Source: a virus
Direction: 5' to 3' (one strand)
IMG/VR virus record: IMGVR_UViG_3300030104_004642
Coordinates: 1-64,000 of that record
Length of the DNA stretch: 64,000 nt
A program made the translations under genes and the position numbers. Below the pieces are notes generated by a model. That model did no database searches. It saw only the letters and a list, made by a program, of their open reading frames with translations, and had not been told where the DNA came from. Below, in pieces: positions 26,372 through 36,508 of this stretch (the stretch's first letter is position 1; the number at the start of each line of letters is the position of its first letter).

Positions 26372-27637
26372 TTACTTCTTTTTCTTATGTTTATTTATGA
26401 AATTCTTTAAACCTTCACCCGTCATCCTTGCCACATAGTTTCTGTGTGAGTCTGTTCCTACCTCTCTTTCACTGGCAGGCACTCCACTTGGACCAGGATA
26501 GTTGACAACTGTCTCTTGAACATCCCTCAACCATGACTTGAACATGATATTGTCCTCAGTCACAGCAATCACATAGTTGGTTCCCCTTCTAATAATTTTA
26601 CCTATCAAACCATGATTAAGGTTCTCAATTATGGAATCCTTTCTAAAAATATTGTTTGTTACATAGTTTTCCCTAAGGTTTTTCCAATCAAACTTAGGTG
26701 CAATCTCCCACAGACTCCATCCTTCCTTGATACCTAACTTCTGACGCAGTTTATTAAAGTTGATTTTTGCTGTTTTATCATCAACAACATTAGGAATACC
26801 ACTCCTATATGTCTTAAAATCATTCTCTGCTGCTGCCTTTCTCATCTTAGAGGCAGACATTCCCTCTACCCCCTCAGCGTCTGGATCTCTGTCTCCAGCA
26901 GATACAATCTCCACACCAGAAAAATCATACAGTTGGCCATTGTAGTCTCCTGATAGTTTGGCAAATTCTTTGACCCTATCAGCACCAACCACAATTTTAA
27001 CACTTGAATGTCCATCATCATACCCCTGCTTCAAAACATCAAAAATGGTCCTTGAGTTAGGATCATTTACAATATCAGCAGCATAATCAGGCATTTGCTG
27101 CTTCATGAGTTCAATCTTTTCATCAGCATCATATGGATTCTTCTTATTATCCTGTGTTCTTGATGGATATATCTTTAATCTTCCCTTTCCTGCTGCTTTT
27201 TTAGCAGCATCCAACAGTTTTTGATGCCCAACAGTGGGTGGGTTAAACCTACCAAATACTACTGTGAGATCTCCAAGGTCTTCTTTAGGAGTGCCATCTG
27301 CTCTCGTAGGCATTGGCATTCTCCTTGGAGTTCCATCTCCAAATGCTCCAAATTCTCCTTGCTGCACAGGTTGTTGCTGTTGTTGCTGTGCATCTTGTTG
27401 TGAATTTGTTGATTTAGGTTGCTCTTTTTCTGCTGAAGAGTCATCTTGTTCCTCCCCCTTCTTAGTAACTTCCTTCTTAGGAAGCATTTCAAGTTTACCT
27501 TTCTTGGTTACAGCAACCCTATTTCCATCCTTATCAAACCAATTTCCATGACCATCTCCCTGCAGATTCTGGCGTGCTGCCTGATCTGCTGCAACTGATG
27601 CCTTAGCCTCTGTTAGGAAGTGTAAGAACGATTTCAT
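26372..27637 (-). CDS. cytidyltransferase-like protein
   Basis: FGRFNPPTVGH, VGADR, SAGDRDPDAEG, MSASKMR. Confidence 0.88.
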   Translation of the reverse strand: MKSFLHFLTEAKASVAADQAARQNLQGDGHGNWFDKDGNRVAVTKKGKLEMLPKKEVTKKGEEQDDSSAEKEQPKSTNSQQDAQQQQQQPVQQGEFGAFGDGTPRRMPMPTRADGTPKEDLGDLTVVFGRFNPPTVGHQKLLDAAKKAAGKGRLKIYPSRTQDNKKNPYDADEKIELMKQQMPDYAADIVNDPNSRTIFDVLKQGYDDGHSSVKIVVGADRVKEFAKLSGDYNGQLYDFSGVEIVSAGDRDPDAEGVEGMSASKMRKAAAENDFKTYRSGIPNVVDDKTAKINFNKLRQKLGIKEGWSLWEIAPKFDWKNLRENYVTNNIFRKDSIIENLNHGLIGKIIRRGTNYVIAVTEDNIMFKSWLRDVQETVVNYPGPSGVPASEREVGTDSHRNYVARMTGEGLKNFINKHKKKK

Positions 27638-27664
27638 TAGGTATAACTTTCCTTCATCAAGTAT

Positions 27665-28435
27665 TTAGGAACTTGCCAGACTGAATACATCTGAGTCACT
27701 TGTTGCAGCAACACCTGTCTCCTGTTGAAACTTTTTCAGGTCACCTTTTGATGGATTAGCAAACCTTTCTCTTGCCATATCATGATATTCATCTGACAGA
27801 TCAAACCCAATATAGTCATGACCAAGCAGGGTGGCAGCAAGACCAGTGGTGCCTGACCCACTGTAAGGGTCAAAGACCAGACCAGGCGCCTGCATCACTG
27901 CCTGTATGCACCTGGCAGGCAGGAATATGGGGTATGGAGCAGGGTGGGGGTTGTTCATGTCAGGGGCAAACTGCCAGACACTGTTCCAGTTGGCAGACCT
28001 TCTAGGCAATCTAGGATGCTTCTTACCCTTACACAACCAGTAGATCCTTTCATCAGTTTGGATGAATCTATATCCAGAAATCTCAGGTCCACTACCCCTG
28101 CTCCACACAATCTCCTCTCTGATATTCCACTTTGTCTTGGTCAACCACTCCCATGGTGAGATAGAATCACCATCAAGATACCTGACTTTATGATTATAGA
28201 ACAGAGAACCACCAGGTTTTGTCTTATCACAGATGATATCTAACAGTTCAATCTGCTGTTCCTGGTACTCATCCTCTGGCAGTGTGTCATCAAAGTCTTG
28301 ATATTCAATCTTACGAAACAATCCACCACCAACACCCCTCTTATTATAGGGAGGAGAAGTAACAGTGCAGTCAATGGAATTATCTTCAAGATCAAGTGCC
28401 ATGTTCAGGCAGTTACCAGTTCTGAGTTCAATCAT
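27665..28435 (-). CDS. beta-class N4-cytosine/N6-adenine DNA methyltransferase
   Basis: TSPPY catalytic motif precedes HPAPYP and DPYSGSGTT SAM-binding motif. Confidence 0.9.
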   Translation of the reverse strand: MIELRTGNCLNMALDLEDNSIDCTVTSPPYNKRGVGGGLFRKIEYQDFDDTLPEDEYQEQQIELLDIICDKTKPGGSLFYNHKVRYLDGDSISPWEWLTKTKWNIREEIVWSRGSGPEISGYRFIQTDERIYWLCKGKKHPRLPRRSANWNSVWQFAPDMNNPHPAPYPIFLPARCIQAVMQAPGLVFDPYSGSGTTGLAATLLGHDYIGFDLSDEYHDMARERFANPSKGDLKKFQQETGVAATSDSDVFSLASS

Positions 28436-28455
28436 AGGGGGAATAATTTGGTTGT

Positions 28456-28484
28456 ATTATAACAGATTTATTGGACTTTGACAA
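28456..28484 (-). promoter_or_regulatory. sigma70-type promoter dedicated to the methyltransferase
   Basis: TTGTCA-17 nt-TATAAT overlapping the end of the upstream gene. Confidence 0.65.
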
Positions 28485-29733
28485 ATGGACCAGCAAGGTC
28501 AGCCTGTGATATATTCATTTTTGATGATAGGAAGTATGCATGAGCAATTAGTTCTCCCAATTTCCCTTGTTGTTTGGCCTTTATGAACATATTAATATAT
28601 CTTAGATGTCTTAATTTTGCTCTAATCTTGGTGGCAAAGTTTTTTCCAGAGGGCACACCACTATCCATGGTCAACATACCCTTAATAAAATCCTCAGGTG
28701 ACATGGATTTTTTATCAATCTCTGGACCAACAATATCAATTGGAACTTGATTTGAATTCAAAACTTTTTTATAATACGCTTGCCAGTATTTAATTTGAGC
28801 AGGAGTTGCTTTCCCACTCATAGGAATATTGAGATTTAAATCCTCTCCTGTGTATTCTTTAACAAGTTTTGCCAACTCTGGTCCAGGAATTGATCCATTT
28901 CTTGCAGCAGCAGTGACAAATTTACCCTTATTGCTAACTGCTCTGTCCCTTGGTTCAGTCACATCAGCAGTTTTACTACCTGCTTTTGTTTCCCAGGTGT
29001 ATCTTTTCTTGTATGCTCCTGCCTCAAACTCCAATTCAAACCTCAAAGAGTTTCCAACAAAGTCCATATCATTTGCCCTTCTACCAGAACTTATTTGAAA
29101 TCTGGTATTCATTGCAGTAACAAAATTTCCAGATTCAACTTTCAATCCATCTGGTCCAAGGGCAATATTTGTTGGAGTAATCTTGACACCAACATTCTTT
29201 GTCTTCTGTTTGAGAGATATGGGGACAAGTATTTTATTCTCTAACAGATCAGACATCAATCTGTTCACTGTACCAATGTAAATTGCTGGATCTAAATCAT
29301 CAAAAGACTCTTTCAGAGTATCTACTTGTCTTCTAATTTCAATTTCTTTATTCTTTTTGACCATGTAGACATCAGCAGTGTCCCATGAGTCCTTCTTACC
29401 AGAAAATATTTTTTTTTGATCTTTATTAAAAGAGTCCCAAATGTAATTTAAAATATCAGTTGTTGCTGCTGCTGGAATGGATTTTGTTCTTCCATCATAA
29501 TGAGCATACTTCCATGAAGTATCCTTAGATCCAGGTCTATGTCCAAGATAATTCATCAATGCTTCTGTCCCAGCAAGAATACCCTCCCTCCATTCACTGG
29601 ACATAGAGGGATATTCTTCATCCATAGCATTTGTCATATCAGGATCAGCACCAGGAACTGCTGATGCCCCATTATTAATTGCCTGATAGTATGATGCTAT
29701 GGATGCTGCCTCAAACTTTGCAGTGTCTGCCAT
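28468..29733 (-). CDS. putative PD-(D/E)xK-like endonuclease
   Basis: N-terminal E helix, WDTADVYMV and ISLKQ motifs. Confidence 0.5.
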   Translation of the reverse strand: MADTAKFEAASIASYYQAINNGASAVPGADPDMTNAMDEEYPSMSSEWREGILAGTEALMNYLGHRPGSKDTSWKYAHYDGRTKSIPAAATTDILNYIWDSFNKDQKKIFSGKKDSWDTADVYMVKKNKEIEIRRQVDTLKESFDDLDPAIYIGTVNRLMSDLLENKILVPISLKQKTKNVGVKITPTNIALGPDGLKVESGNFVTAMNTRFQISSGRRANDMDFVGNSLRFELEFEAGAYKKRYTWETKAGSKTADVTEPRDRAVSNKGKFVTAAARNGSIPGPELAKLVKEYTGEDLNLNIPMSGKATPAQIKYWQAYYKKVLNSNQVPIDIVGPEIDKKSMSPEDFIKGMLTMDSGVPSGKNFATKIRAKLRHLRYINMFIKAKQQGKLGELIAHAYFLSSKMNISQADLAGPFVKVQ

Positions 29734-29739
29734 TTAAGA

Positions 29740-30627
29740 TCAGAGTGATGCCAGAATCTTAAGGATTTCAGATTCTGAGAACTTACCAGTTGCTTCTAAC
29801 TGTTCCTTCATATCTTTACCTTTCTTCTTATCCTTAAGAGCCTTCTTCATTGACTCTTTCTCATTACCATCACCATCAAAGTCAAGGTAGTCAGGTTTAG
29901 CACCCTTCTTTTCTGCTACAAACTCCTCTTTCTTCATCTCTTTCTCCTTACGGAGTGCAACAGATGACTTTTTCTTGGGCATGTTGGGATAATAAGTCTT
30001 ACCAACCTCTGCCTTATCTACAACCTCACCAGTCTTAGCGTCCTTGTGCATTCCATATGCTTCATTGGCAGGTACACAGTTAGGGACTTGCTTACCACCC
30101 TTTTTCTTCATACCAACCTGCTTGTAACCAACCCAGCAGGGGTCACCTTTCTTCTTCTCAAAGAGACCAAGAAGACCTCTCTTGATTGTCTCCTTATCCT
30201 CAGCAATCACTGTGCTGTGAACTCTTGCTACTCTCTTATCTTGATTATGTCTAGCAGACCAGGTTTCTTCCAGTCTTTTCTTCTGTCTATACTTAGCAAA
30301 CTCTTCCATCTGACCTGCTTGGTTCTTCAGTCTAATCTTACTGAAGGTTTCACCAAAAGCAGCATAGATTCTATCCAACTTTTCTTCCCTACCAACAATG
30401 TTGGACTCAGGGATCATATTGAAGATGATGTCCTCTGCTTCTTTAACAGTAGAGTTCTTGAATACTTCTTCAAGCACTTCTTCTGCCAGTTCACGGAGAT
30501 CGTTATCCTGGAGTCTACCAGTATTCATTTCACTGATAGGATCTCTCTGAGATTCAAGTTCTTCCTTTGCTTCTTTACTATGGACTGCACTGTATGCATC
30601 CATAAAGTTACGCATTGATGAGGACAT
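29740..30627 (-). CDS. charged modular protein, possible internal head protein
   Basis: Modules CWVGYKQVGMKKKGGKQVPNCVP and KPDYLDFDGDGNEKESMKKA; late promoter upstream. Confidence 0.6.
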   Translation of the reverse strand: MSSSMRNFMDAYSAVHSKEAKEELESQRDPISEMNTGRLQDNDLRELAEEVLEEVFKNSTVKEAEDIIFNMIPESNIVGREEKLDRIYAAFGETFSKIRLKNQAGQMEEFAKYRQKKRLEETWSARHNQDKRVARVHSTVIAEDKETIKRGLLGLFEKKKGDPCWVGYKQVGMKKKGGKQVPNCVPANEAYGMHKDAKTGEVVDKAEVGKTYYPNMPKKKSSVALRKEKEMKKEEFVAEKKGAKPDYLDFDGDGNEKESMKKALKDKKKGKDMKEQLEATGKFSESEILKILASL

Positions 30628-30648
30628 CTCTACAATTACTACATTTCT

Positions 30649-30885
30649 TTATGTATTTATATCCTCTTTTTCTTCTGACTTCTTATTAAAACCAAAAGGT
30701 CCAACATCACCTTTGTCAAAAGAACGTCTCTTCTGTGCCATGGTGCATACAGTTTCCATCACCTTGATTGTATCCTCTACTGTGCAGTTCTCAGGCATCT
30801 GACGGTGAACAATATCAAACATAGGAAAGAATTCCTTTGCTGCTTCATTTACTTCTTCAACAGTAAGTGGATCATACTCAGTCAT
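30649..30885 (-). CDS. hypothetical protein
   Basis: 78 aa ORF in the operon. Confidence 0.65.
   Translation of the reverse strand: MTEYDPLTVEEVNEAAKEFFPMFDIVHRQMPENCTVEDTIKVMETVCTMAQKRRSFDKGDVGPFGFNKKSEEKEDINT
30654..30661 (-). promoter_or_regulatory. T4-type late promoter
   Basis: TATAAATA, 27 nt upstream of the 30627 start. Confidence 0.7.
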
Positions 30886-31063
30886 TGTTTAACTCCTTTT
30901 TAAGTTCATCTTCAATCTGTTCATCAATATCAACAATCACATTTCTAAGTTCAACAACTCTTGGTGGAACACATGTAGGGTCATATGTATAAAGTTTAGT
31001 GTCTTGAAACAATGATGCACGAACAGCAGCTGCTGTCCTGACATCCATATTAAGTGTAATCAC
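30878..31063 (-). CDS. hypothetical protein
   Basis: 61 aa ORF, GTGA overlap with mazG stop. Confidence 0.6.
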   Translation of the reverse strand: MITLNMDVRTAAAVRASLFQDTKLYTYDPTCVPPRVVELRNVIVDIDEQIEDELKKELNND

Positions 31064-31464
31064 AGGTCTCCCTCCTTTCTATTTTCAGATTTATGCACAT
31101 CAAAACTACCACCAGGGTAACGTGCTTGAAGTTTATCAACATTCATCTCAATAACCTCATCAAATGTGGTTTCAAGAGCCATACATGCCTGAGCAAGATA
31201 CCAACAGATATCACCTAGTTCACGCTTCATGTGAAAGACATTATCTTCATTGTAGGGTTTGCCCTGGAAGATAATCTTTTTAACAACCTCAGTAAACTCA
31301 CCAGATTCTGCTGTCAGTCCAAGAGCAGCAGTGAGTAGTTGTGAGGTATTAGTTCCACCTGCTTCCAGTTCAGCAAATCTGGTTGCCATGACTGCATAAT
31401 CAAGACTGGGATCACTAGTAACTCCTTTTACAAAGTCAAGATACTTTTCTGTGTCTACTGTCAT
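31060..31464 (-). CDS. mazG: MazG nucleotide pyrophosphohydrolase
   Basis: GLTAESGEFTEVVKK, ELGDICWY, NVDKL.ARYP; start at MTVD. Confidence 0.92.
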   Translation of the reverse strand: MTVDTEKYLDFVKGVTSDPSLDYAVMATRFAELEAGGTNTSQLLTAALGLTAESGEFTEVVKKIIFQGKPYNEDNVFHMKRELGDICWYLAQACMALETTFDEVIEMNVDKLQARYPGGSFDVHKSENRKEGDL

Positions 31465-31465
31465 T

Positions 31466-32842
31466 TTAAAATTTAAATCCCTCAAATGATTTTTTAGGTT
31501 TCTCCTCTGGATCATACTCCTGATCCTTGCCATTGTCAAGGATGTCATCCTGAGCAGACTGTTCACAATCATACAGTCTCATCTTTGCCCTGTCAACACC
31601 AACCACAAACCTCTTGAAGATTGTTGGGTCATTGTATCTGTTCTTCAATTGCTTCACCATAATCTGTCCAAGCCCCTCAAGGTCATCAGTTGAAATAAGG
31701 GCAAACATAAGATCAGCAGTAGCAGGGAGACCAAAGGACTCAGAAGTGTCAGTAAGCTCAACATCAGAGCTACCATAACCAGAACGAGTGGTCTGCGTGG
31801 CAGAAACGATAGGGACGTTTGCTTCAACAGCCAACCCTCTAAGTTCCTCAGCAATTGCTTTGACAACTGTATATGAATTGACATTGCTGCCTGCGCGATA
31901 CCTGCTGGAAGAACATATATTAAGGTAATCAATGAAAATAATATCAGGTCTAAATGATTTCTTAAGGGCAAGTTCATTAAGAAGTGACCTGAAGTGACCA
32001 GCATGGGCAGAAGCAGTAGGATACTCCTTAATAATTAGAGTGCCTTGGGTCTTCTGGGCAATGTTATTAACTTTTGTCTCAAACATTTGTTTTGGAAGAC
32101 CAGCAATATCCTGTATGTTTATATTCAGTAGATTAGCATCAATTCTTTCTGCAATTCTTTCTTCAGCCATTTCAAGCGTGATGTATAGTACATTCTTGTT
32201 CTGTAATAGGACACTACTTGCGACATGACACATGAACAAAGACTTACCAACACCAGTGCCAGCAAGAGCAATATTGAGTGTTTTATTTGGAAGGCCACCC
32301 TTTGTAATCTTGTTAAAGAATTCAAGGTCAAACTCAATCCTTTCTTCCTTCTTGTTGTATAAGTCAAACCTTTCTGCATAATCTTGAAGATAATCGTGTC
32401 CTACATTGTTATCAAAAGAAACAGCAAGGGCGTCAGAAAGTATAGAAGGAATTGCATCAGGTTGCTTCTTCTCATCCTGTCCATCTGCAATTGAGATTGA
32501 CTCCATGAGTGCCATGTAAATGGCACGTTCCCTACACCACTTTTCTGTGGTATTTTCTAACCACCCCTCCTCTGCTGGTTCATCATCAAGATAACTGATA
32601 AGTTTTGAGATCTCTTGATAGGATGTGTCGTTAATATCCTTCCTTTTTTCTACCTCAATACTAAGAACCTCCTTTGTGGGAGATTCATTATACTCAGATA
32701 CAAAAGATGCTATCTCCTCAAACACAATCTTCTGATTTGTGTCCTGAAAATAATCTGCTTTGATGAATGGAATAACCTTTCTTAGATATTCCTCATTATG
32801 TAAAAGGTTCCTAAGAACCAAGAATTCAATTTTATCCATCAA
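31466..32842 (-). CDS. gp41: replicative DNA helicase
   Basis: AGTGVGKS Walker A, TLEMAEE, IDYLNI, ATQTTRSG, SESFGLPATAD, KQLKNRY. Confidence 0.96.
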   Translation of the reverse strand: MMDKIEFLVLRNLLHNEEYLRKVIPFIKADYFQDTNQKIVFEEIASFVSEYNESPTKEVLSIEVEKRKDINDTSYQEISKLISYLDDEPAEEGWLENTTEKWCRERAIYMALMESISIADGQDEKKQPDAIPSILSDALAVSFDNNVGHDYLQDYAERFDLYNKKEERIEFDLEFFNKITKGGLPNKTLNIALAGTGVGKSLFMCHVASSVLLQNKNVLYITLEMAEERIAERIDANLLNINIQDIAGLPKQMFETKVNNIAQKTQGTLIIKEYPTASAHAGHFRSLLNELALKKSFRPDIIFIDYLNICSSSRYRAGSNVNSYTVVKAIAEELRGLAVEANVPIVSATQTTRSGYGSSDVELTDTSESFGLPATADLMFALISTDDLEGLGQIMVKQLKNRYNDPTIFKRFVVGVDRAKMRLYDCEQSAQDDILDNGKDQEYDPEEKPKKSFEGFKF

Positions 32843-33843
32843 TTACCATATGAGAATTCTTGCTGTGCAATTTGATCCAATTTTTCCATTACTTCTGGTG
32901 TGAAGTATGACTCTGGGTCCTTGTAGATTGCCTTGGCATAGACTTTCTTGCCATCAATCTCATAGCGTCCTGCTACATTCTTCCATAGTCCTCCTATCTC
33001 ACCCAACTCCAGGAGACCATAATACCTATCAAGACCCCGCTCATCATAATAAAGGCGTACTGTGACATCTTTGTTCTCCTTACTCAAACGCGACTTGTGA
33101 GTCTTAGCCTTGATAAGATTGCCAATGACTTCTGTGCCATCTTTCTCTTTTTTCTTGCTAAGATAGATGATTGTACTTGCTGCATACTTGAGTCCACTAC
33201 CTCCTCCCATCTCTTTAGTTGGTACGTAAGCTCCAATGACATCGTATGTGTGATTTGTGACAATGAGCGGTACATTTGCTTGTCCTAGTTTTAGTGTTAG
33301 CATTCTAAATGCTCCCTTGACCAACTGTGATTTGGTCATGTCCCTGACTTGCTTATCATCAAGGGCATCCCTGATCTCTTTCTCAGTGGATAGCATACCC
33401 AGTGAGTCTAACACAAACATGCATGGTTTGCGTTCCTCTTCAGGTTTTTTTAAGTATAGATCAACTGCCCTGAGTGCCTTTGATCTGAACTCCTCAATGG
33501 TTACTACATTGATGACAACCAATCTGGTACAGTCAATCCCTCTACTTGTGAGAAGACCCTTATTAACAGCTGCTTCAGTATCAAAATATAGGCAATACCC
33601 ATCAGGGTTAGAGTCCAGAAAGTTTTTGACAACGGCAAGTGAGAAAAAAGTTTTTCCAGTGCTAGACTCACCAGCAATGGCAGTAATCTTATTCCTAGAT
33701 ACACCACCAAATAAAGAACCTGAAACAACTCCATTAAAGATGTAAGAACCTGTGTCCACAAATTCTTCAGTTTCATCAATGTCTGAGGCGAGTTGGGTGT
33801 ATTCATCTCCAATCTCTTTTACTATGTCTTTTAAAAAATCCAT
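32839..33843 (-). CDS. uvsX: RecA-like recombinase
   Basis: AGESSTGKT, FDTE, LDSLGML, TNHTY, GGGSG. Confidence 0.95.
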   Translation of the reverse strand: MDFLKDIVKEIGDEYTQLASDIDETEEFVDTGSYIFNGVVSGSLFGGVSRNKITAIAGESSTGKTFFSLAVVKNFLDSNPDGYCLYFDTEAAVNKGLLTSRGIDCTRLVVINVVTIEEFRSKALRAVDLYLKKPEEERKPCMFVLDSLGMLSTEKEIRDALDDKQVRDMTKSQLVKGAFRMLTLKLGQANVPLIVTNHTYDVIGAYVPTKEMGGGSGLKYAASTIIYLSKKKEKDGTEVIGNLIKAKTHKSRLSKENKDVTVRLYYDERGLDRYYGLLELGEIGGLWKNVAGRYEIDGKKVYAKAIYKDPESYFTPEVMEKLDQIAQQEFSYGN

Positions 33844-34013
33844 TACAGGTTAAATCCAAATTGTTCACGAGCAATCTTCTTGTAAGGTCCACCAGGATTA
33901 GCATCCCTAATCTCCTTAATTCTTACAAGTTTTTGATACAAGGCAGCATCCCCACCAAGGCGGAGAGCACTGACAATTGTAGCAAGTTCTTTGTCATTAA
34001 TAGGAAGGTCCAT
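33843..34013 (-). CDS. small hypothetical protein (56 aa)
   Basis: MDLPINDKELATIVSALRLGGDAALYQKL...; TAATG overlaps at both ends. Confidence 0.7.
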   Translation of the reverse strand: MDLPINDKELATIVSALRLGGDAALYQKLVRIKEIRDANPGGPYKKIAREQFGFNL

Positions 34014-36508
34014 TATCCAAAAAATAGTTCCAGGTTTACAACTTTCTCAACATTCCAACCAATGGCATCAAGAATGACTTTGACAGGTTCCAAGAAGGCT
34101 TTGTCAAATTGTAGGTCATAGTCAATGTACTTGTCAACACCAAGTTCCATTGGAAAATCTGAGATGAATGAAATAACATTCTCCCTGATTGGATTTGCTT
34201 TTTTCAGGTAGAGAAACTTGATCTTCTCTCCATTGTTGATGAGTGAATATTTAGTATCAAGATTCTTCTCCTTGATATAGTGATTATACAGAAGGGCACC
34301 CCTACAATGAATGGGAGTTCCCTTGGCATAGATTGTAGAATAACTCTTATGTTTATTCACATCACTCACAGTCCTTGGGAAGGCAATGTCCTCTGGGGGC
34401 ATCTTCTTAAACTTTGCCCTGGCATCATCAATGAAGTCAATAACATCATCCTCAGTGCCACCCATCATCAGGTTGAGAGCATCCTTAATCATCTTCCTAC
34501 ATGGAGCAGGGGTGGATGATTTGACTGCCTCAATACCCATTATCTTGAGTTTTGCTTCCTCATATCTTACACCCTCACTGTCCCAGACATTGAGAATATA
34601 TCTTTTCTTTGCTGTCCAGATGCCCCTATCTGCAATATTCTCCCTCTTCATCTGCATCTTCTGAGCATATGCGTTTACATACGTCGCAAGATCTTGGTAA
34701 CTCTTCTCAATGAATGGTTCCAACTTCTCTTGGCAGATCTTGTCAAGTATGGTAACAAGTTTAGCCTTGTCACTAGACTTGCTACTAAAAAATTTATCAA
34801 CAAGAGGTCCAAAGTTAATATAGATTGAGTCAGTGTCAGATGCGATAACATAATCTACATCTTTTGTCTGTAACAGATTATTTAGGTATTCATTCATCTT
34901 GTTTTCAATCCACCTGATAGATGTCTGTCCTGACAGGGTGATTGCCTCTGCATTGGCAAGTTTGTAGTACCTAAAATACTGGTTACCGATAGCGCCATAA
35001 GCAGAGTTAAGAGAGATCTTCTTAGCCATTTGGATATTGTTGCACCTGGCAATCTCTTTCTCCAGTGCTTTACTTGGTGTCTTTTCATACTCCTGTTTTG
35101 CTTGAAGCATTCTTTTCTTAAAGATCACCCTCTCAGCATACATCTTCTCCATCAGTTCAGGGAGAAATCCCTTTACATCCTTCCTATACATTGCGCCATT
35201 AGCGCACACAGAATTATCCTTATACAACTCAAAACTTATCTCTTGATTAAGAATTCTATCAACTGTGGCTGCTGGATGTTTCTCTGGAAGGAGGGTCTCT
35301 GGGGAAATGTTATATTGCATAATAAGATGAGGATAGAGACTGTTAAGGTCAAAAGAGACCACCCAATCATACTTTCCTGGTTTCGGTTCCTTGACATAGG
35401 CACCTGCGAATTTAGAGTCCTTCTCTGATCTATCCTTGGGAGGAATAACAATGTTTCTCCTCTTTAAATAGTTATAAATTATGGTATCCCACATGCGAAC
35501 CTGATACATCACATCCACATAGTTGACCTTTGCAGTATAGGCCATAGTCAATGCAAGTTCAATCAGTTTCATCTTGTCTTCCAGACGGTCAACAAGTTCC
35601 ACGTCAATGATGTTGTAATCTACAAACTTCTTCCAGTTTCCCCTATAAAAATCTTTGAAGGTATCAAACTCACTGTGATCAAGTTTCTTCTGACCCAACT
35701 CCACCTGAGCAATATAGTCCAGTCTGTATGACTCCTGTGCCTTGTAGGTGAACTTCTTGTATAGTTCAAGATAGTCCAGTGTTGTAAGTCCAGCAATATC
35801 AAAGACATTAAACTTCCTACCAGAAATATATGCCTCATCCTGAGATACAAGACCCCAAGGTGAAAGAAGTTTCATCTTCTTCTCGCCCATTATCCTACTG
35901 ATCCTTCCACAAAGATATGGAATATCATACAGTCTTACATTCCACCCTGTAATAACATCAGGGGTATTGTTACTCCACCAATAAAGGAATGCGTTAAGCA
36001 TTGCTACCTCATCACTGTAATAATGATAGGTAACATTCTTCTGTGTAACCTGGTAGGGTTTTCTGCCCCAGGTGATGATCTCCTTGGTGGCATTATCCTG
36101 AATAGAGATAGTCAACATCTCCTCAGAACAAGATTCAGGGTCAGGGAATCCATTCTCTGCCTGAACCTCAATGTCCATTGTTACCAGGGAGATCTTTGAG
36201 ATATCAAATTTAATCTCTTCCCCTGGATACTTATCAGAAATATATTGATAGACATACCTCTCATTACCATAAATGGGAAAACCATCCACACCCTCATACT
36301 TCTTATAGAACTCCCTACAATCCCTAATGGTGCCTGGTTGGATAGGTTCTACATTATCACCTTCAAGGGTTTTCCACTTGGATTCTTTTTTAGATTTTAC
36401 AAATAGAGTTGGTTGATACTCCTCCTTATAGATTTTCTTTTGACCATTCTCATATTCACGAACCAGAAAGTTGTTGCCAACCATCTGGATGTTTGTGTAA
36501 AACCTCAT
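34013..36508 (-). CDS. gp43: family B DNA polymerase
   Basis: DIEV exo I, SFDLNSLYPH, KISLNSAYG, SDTDS, KKRY. Confidence 0.97.
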   Translation of the reverse strand: MRFYTNIQMVGNNFLVREYENGQKKIYKEEYQPTLFVKSKKESKWKTLEGDNVEPIQPGTIRDCREFYKKYEGVDGFPIYGNERYVYQYISDKYPGEEIKFDISKISLVTMDIEVQAENGFPDPESCSEEMLTISIQDNATKEIITWGRKPYQVTQKNVTYHYYSDEVAMLNAFLYWWSNNTPDVITGWNVRLYDIPYLCGRISRIMGEKKMKLLSPWGLVSQDEAYISGRKFNVFDIAGLTTLDYLELYKKFTYKAQESYRLDYIAQVELGQKKLDHSEFDTFKDFYRGNWKKFVDYNIIDVELVDRLEDKMKLIELALTMAYTAKVNYVDVMYQVRMWDTIIYNYLKRRNIVIPPKDRSEKDSKFAGAYVKEPKPGKYDWVVSFDLNSLYPHLIMQYNISPETLLPEKHPAATVDRILNQEISFELYKDNSVCANGAMYRKDVKGFLPELMEKMYAERVIFKKRMLQAKQEYEKTPSKALEKEIARCNNIQMAKKISLNSAYGAIGNQYFRYYKLANAEAITLSGQTSIRWIENKMNEYLNNLLQTKDVDYVIASDTDSIYINFGPLVDKFFSSKSSDKAKLVTILDKICQEKLEPFIEKSYQDLATYVNAYAQKMQMKRENIADRGIWTAKKRYILNVWDSEGVRYEEAKLKIMGIEAVKSSTPAPCRKMIKDALNLMMGGTEDDVIDFIDDARAKFKKMPPEDIAFPRTVSDVNKHKSYSTIYAKGTPIHCRGALLYNHYIKEKNLDTKYSLINNGEKIKFLYLKKANPIRENVISFISDFPMELGVDKYIDYDLQFDKAFLEPVKVILDAIGWNVEKVVNLELFFG

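Noticed and set aside
27360-27400. CAA/CAG poly-Gln microrepeat in the cytidyltransferase
   Set aside because: Short low-complexity linker inside a coding region with no sign of phase variation.
27665-28435. This methylase as the direct cause of CpG loss through 5mC
   Set aside because: The SPPY motif marks an amino-methylase (m4C/m6A), not a C5 enzyme; its target cannot be read from the sequence.
30046-30618. 190 aa plus-strand ORF, and the many other plus-strand ORFs in the track
   Set aside because: All lie antisense to well-supported minus-strand genes and lack recognisable motifs.
18738-36508. Inteins or group I introns in nrdA, nrdB, gp41 or gp43
   Set aside because: The ORFs are uninterrupted and of normal length; the GIY-YIG gene is free-standing.
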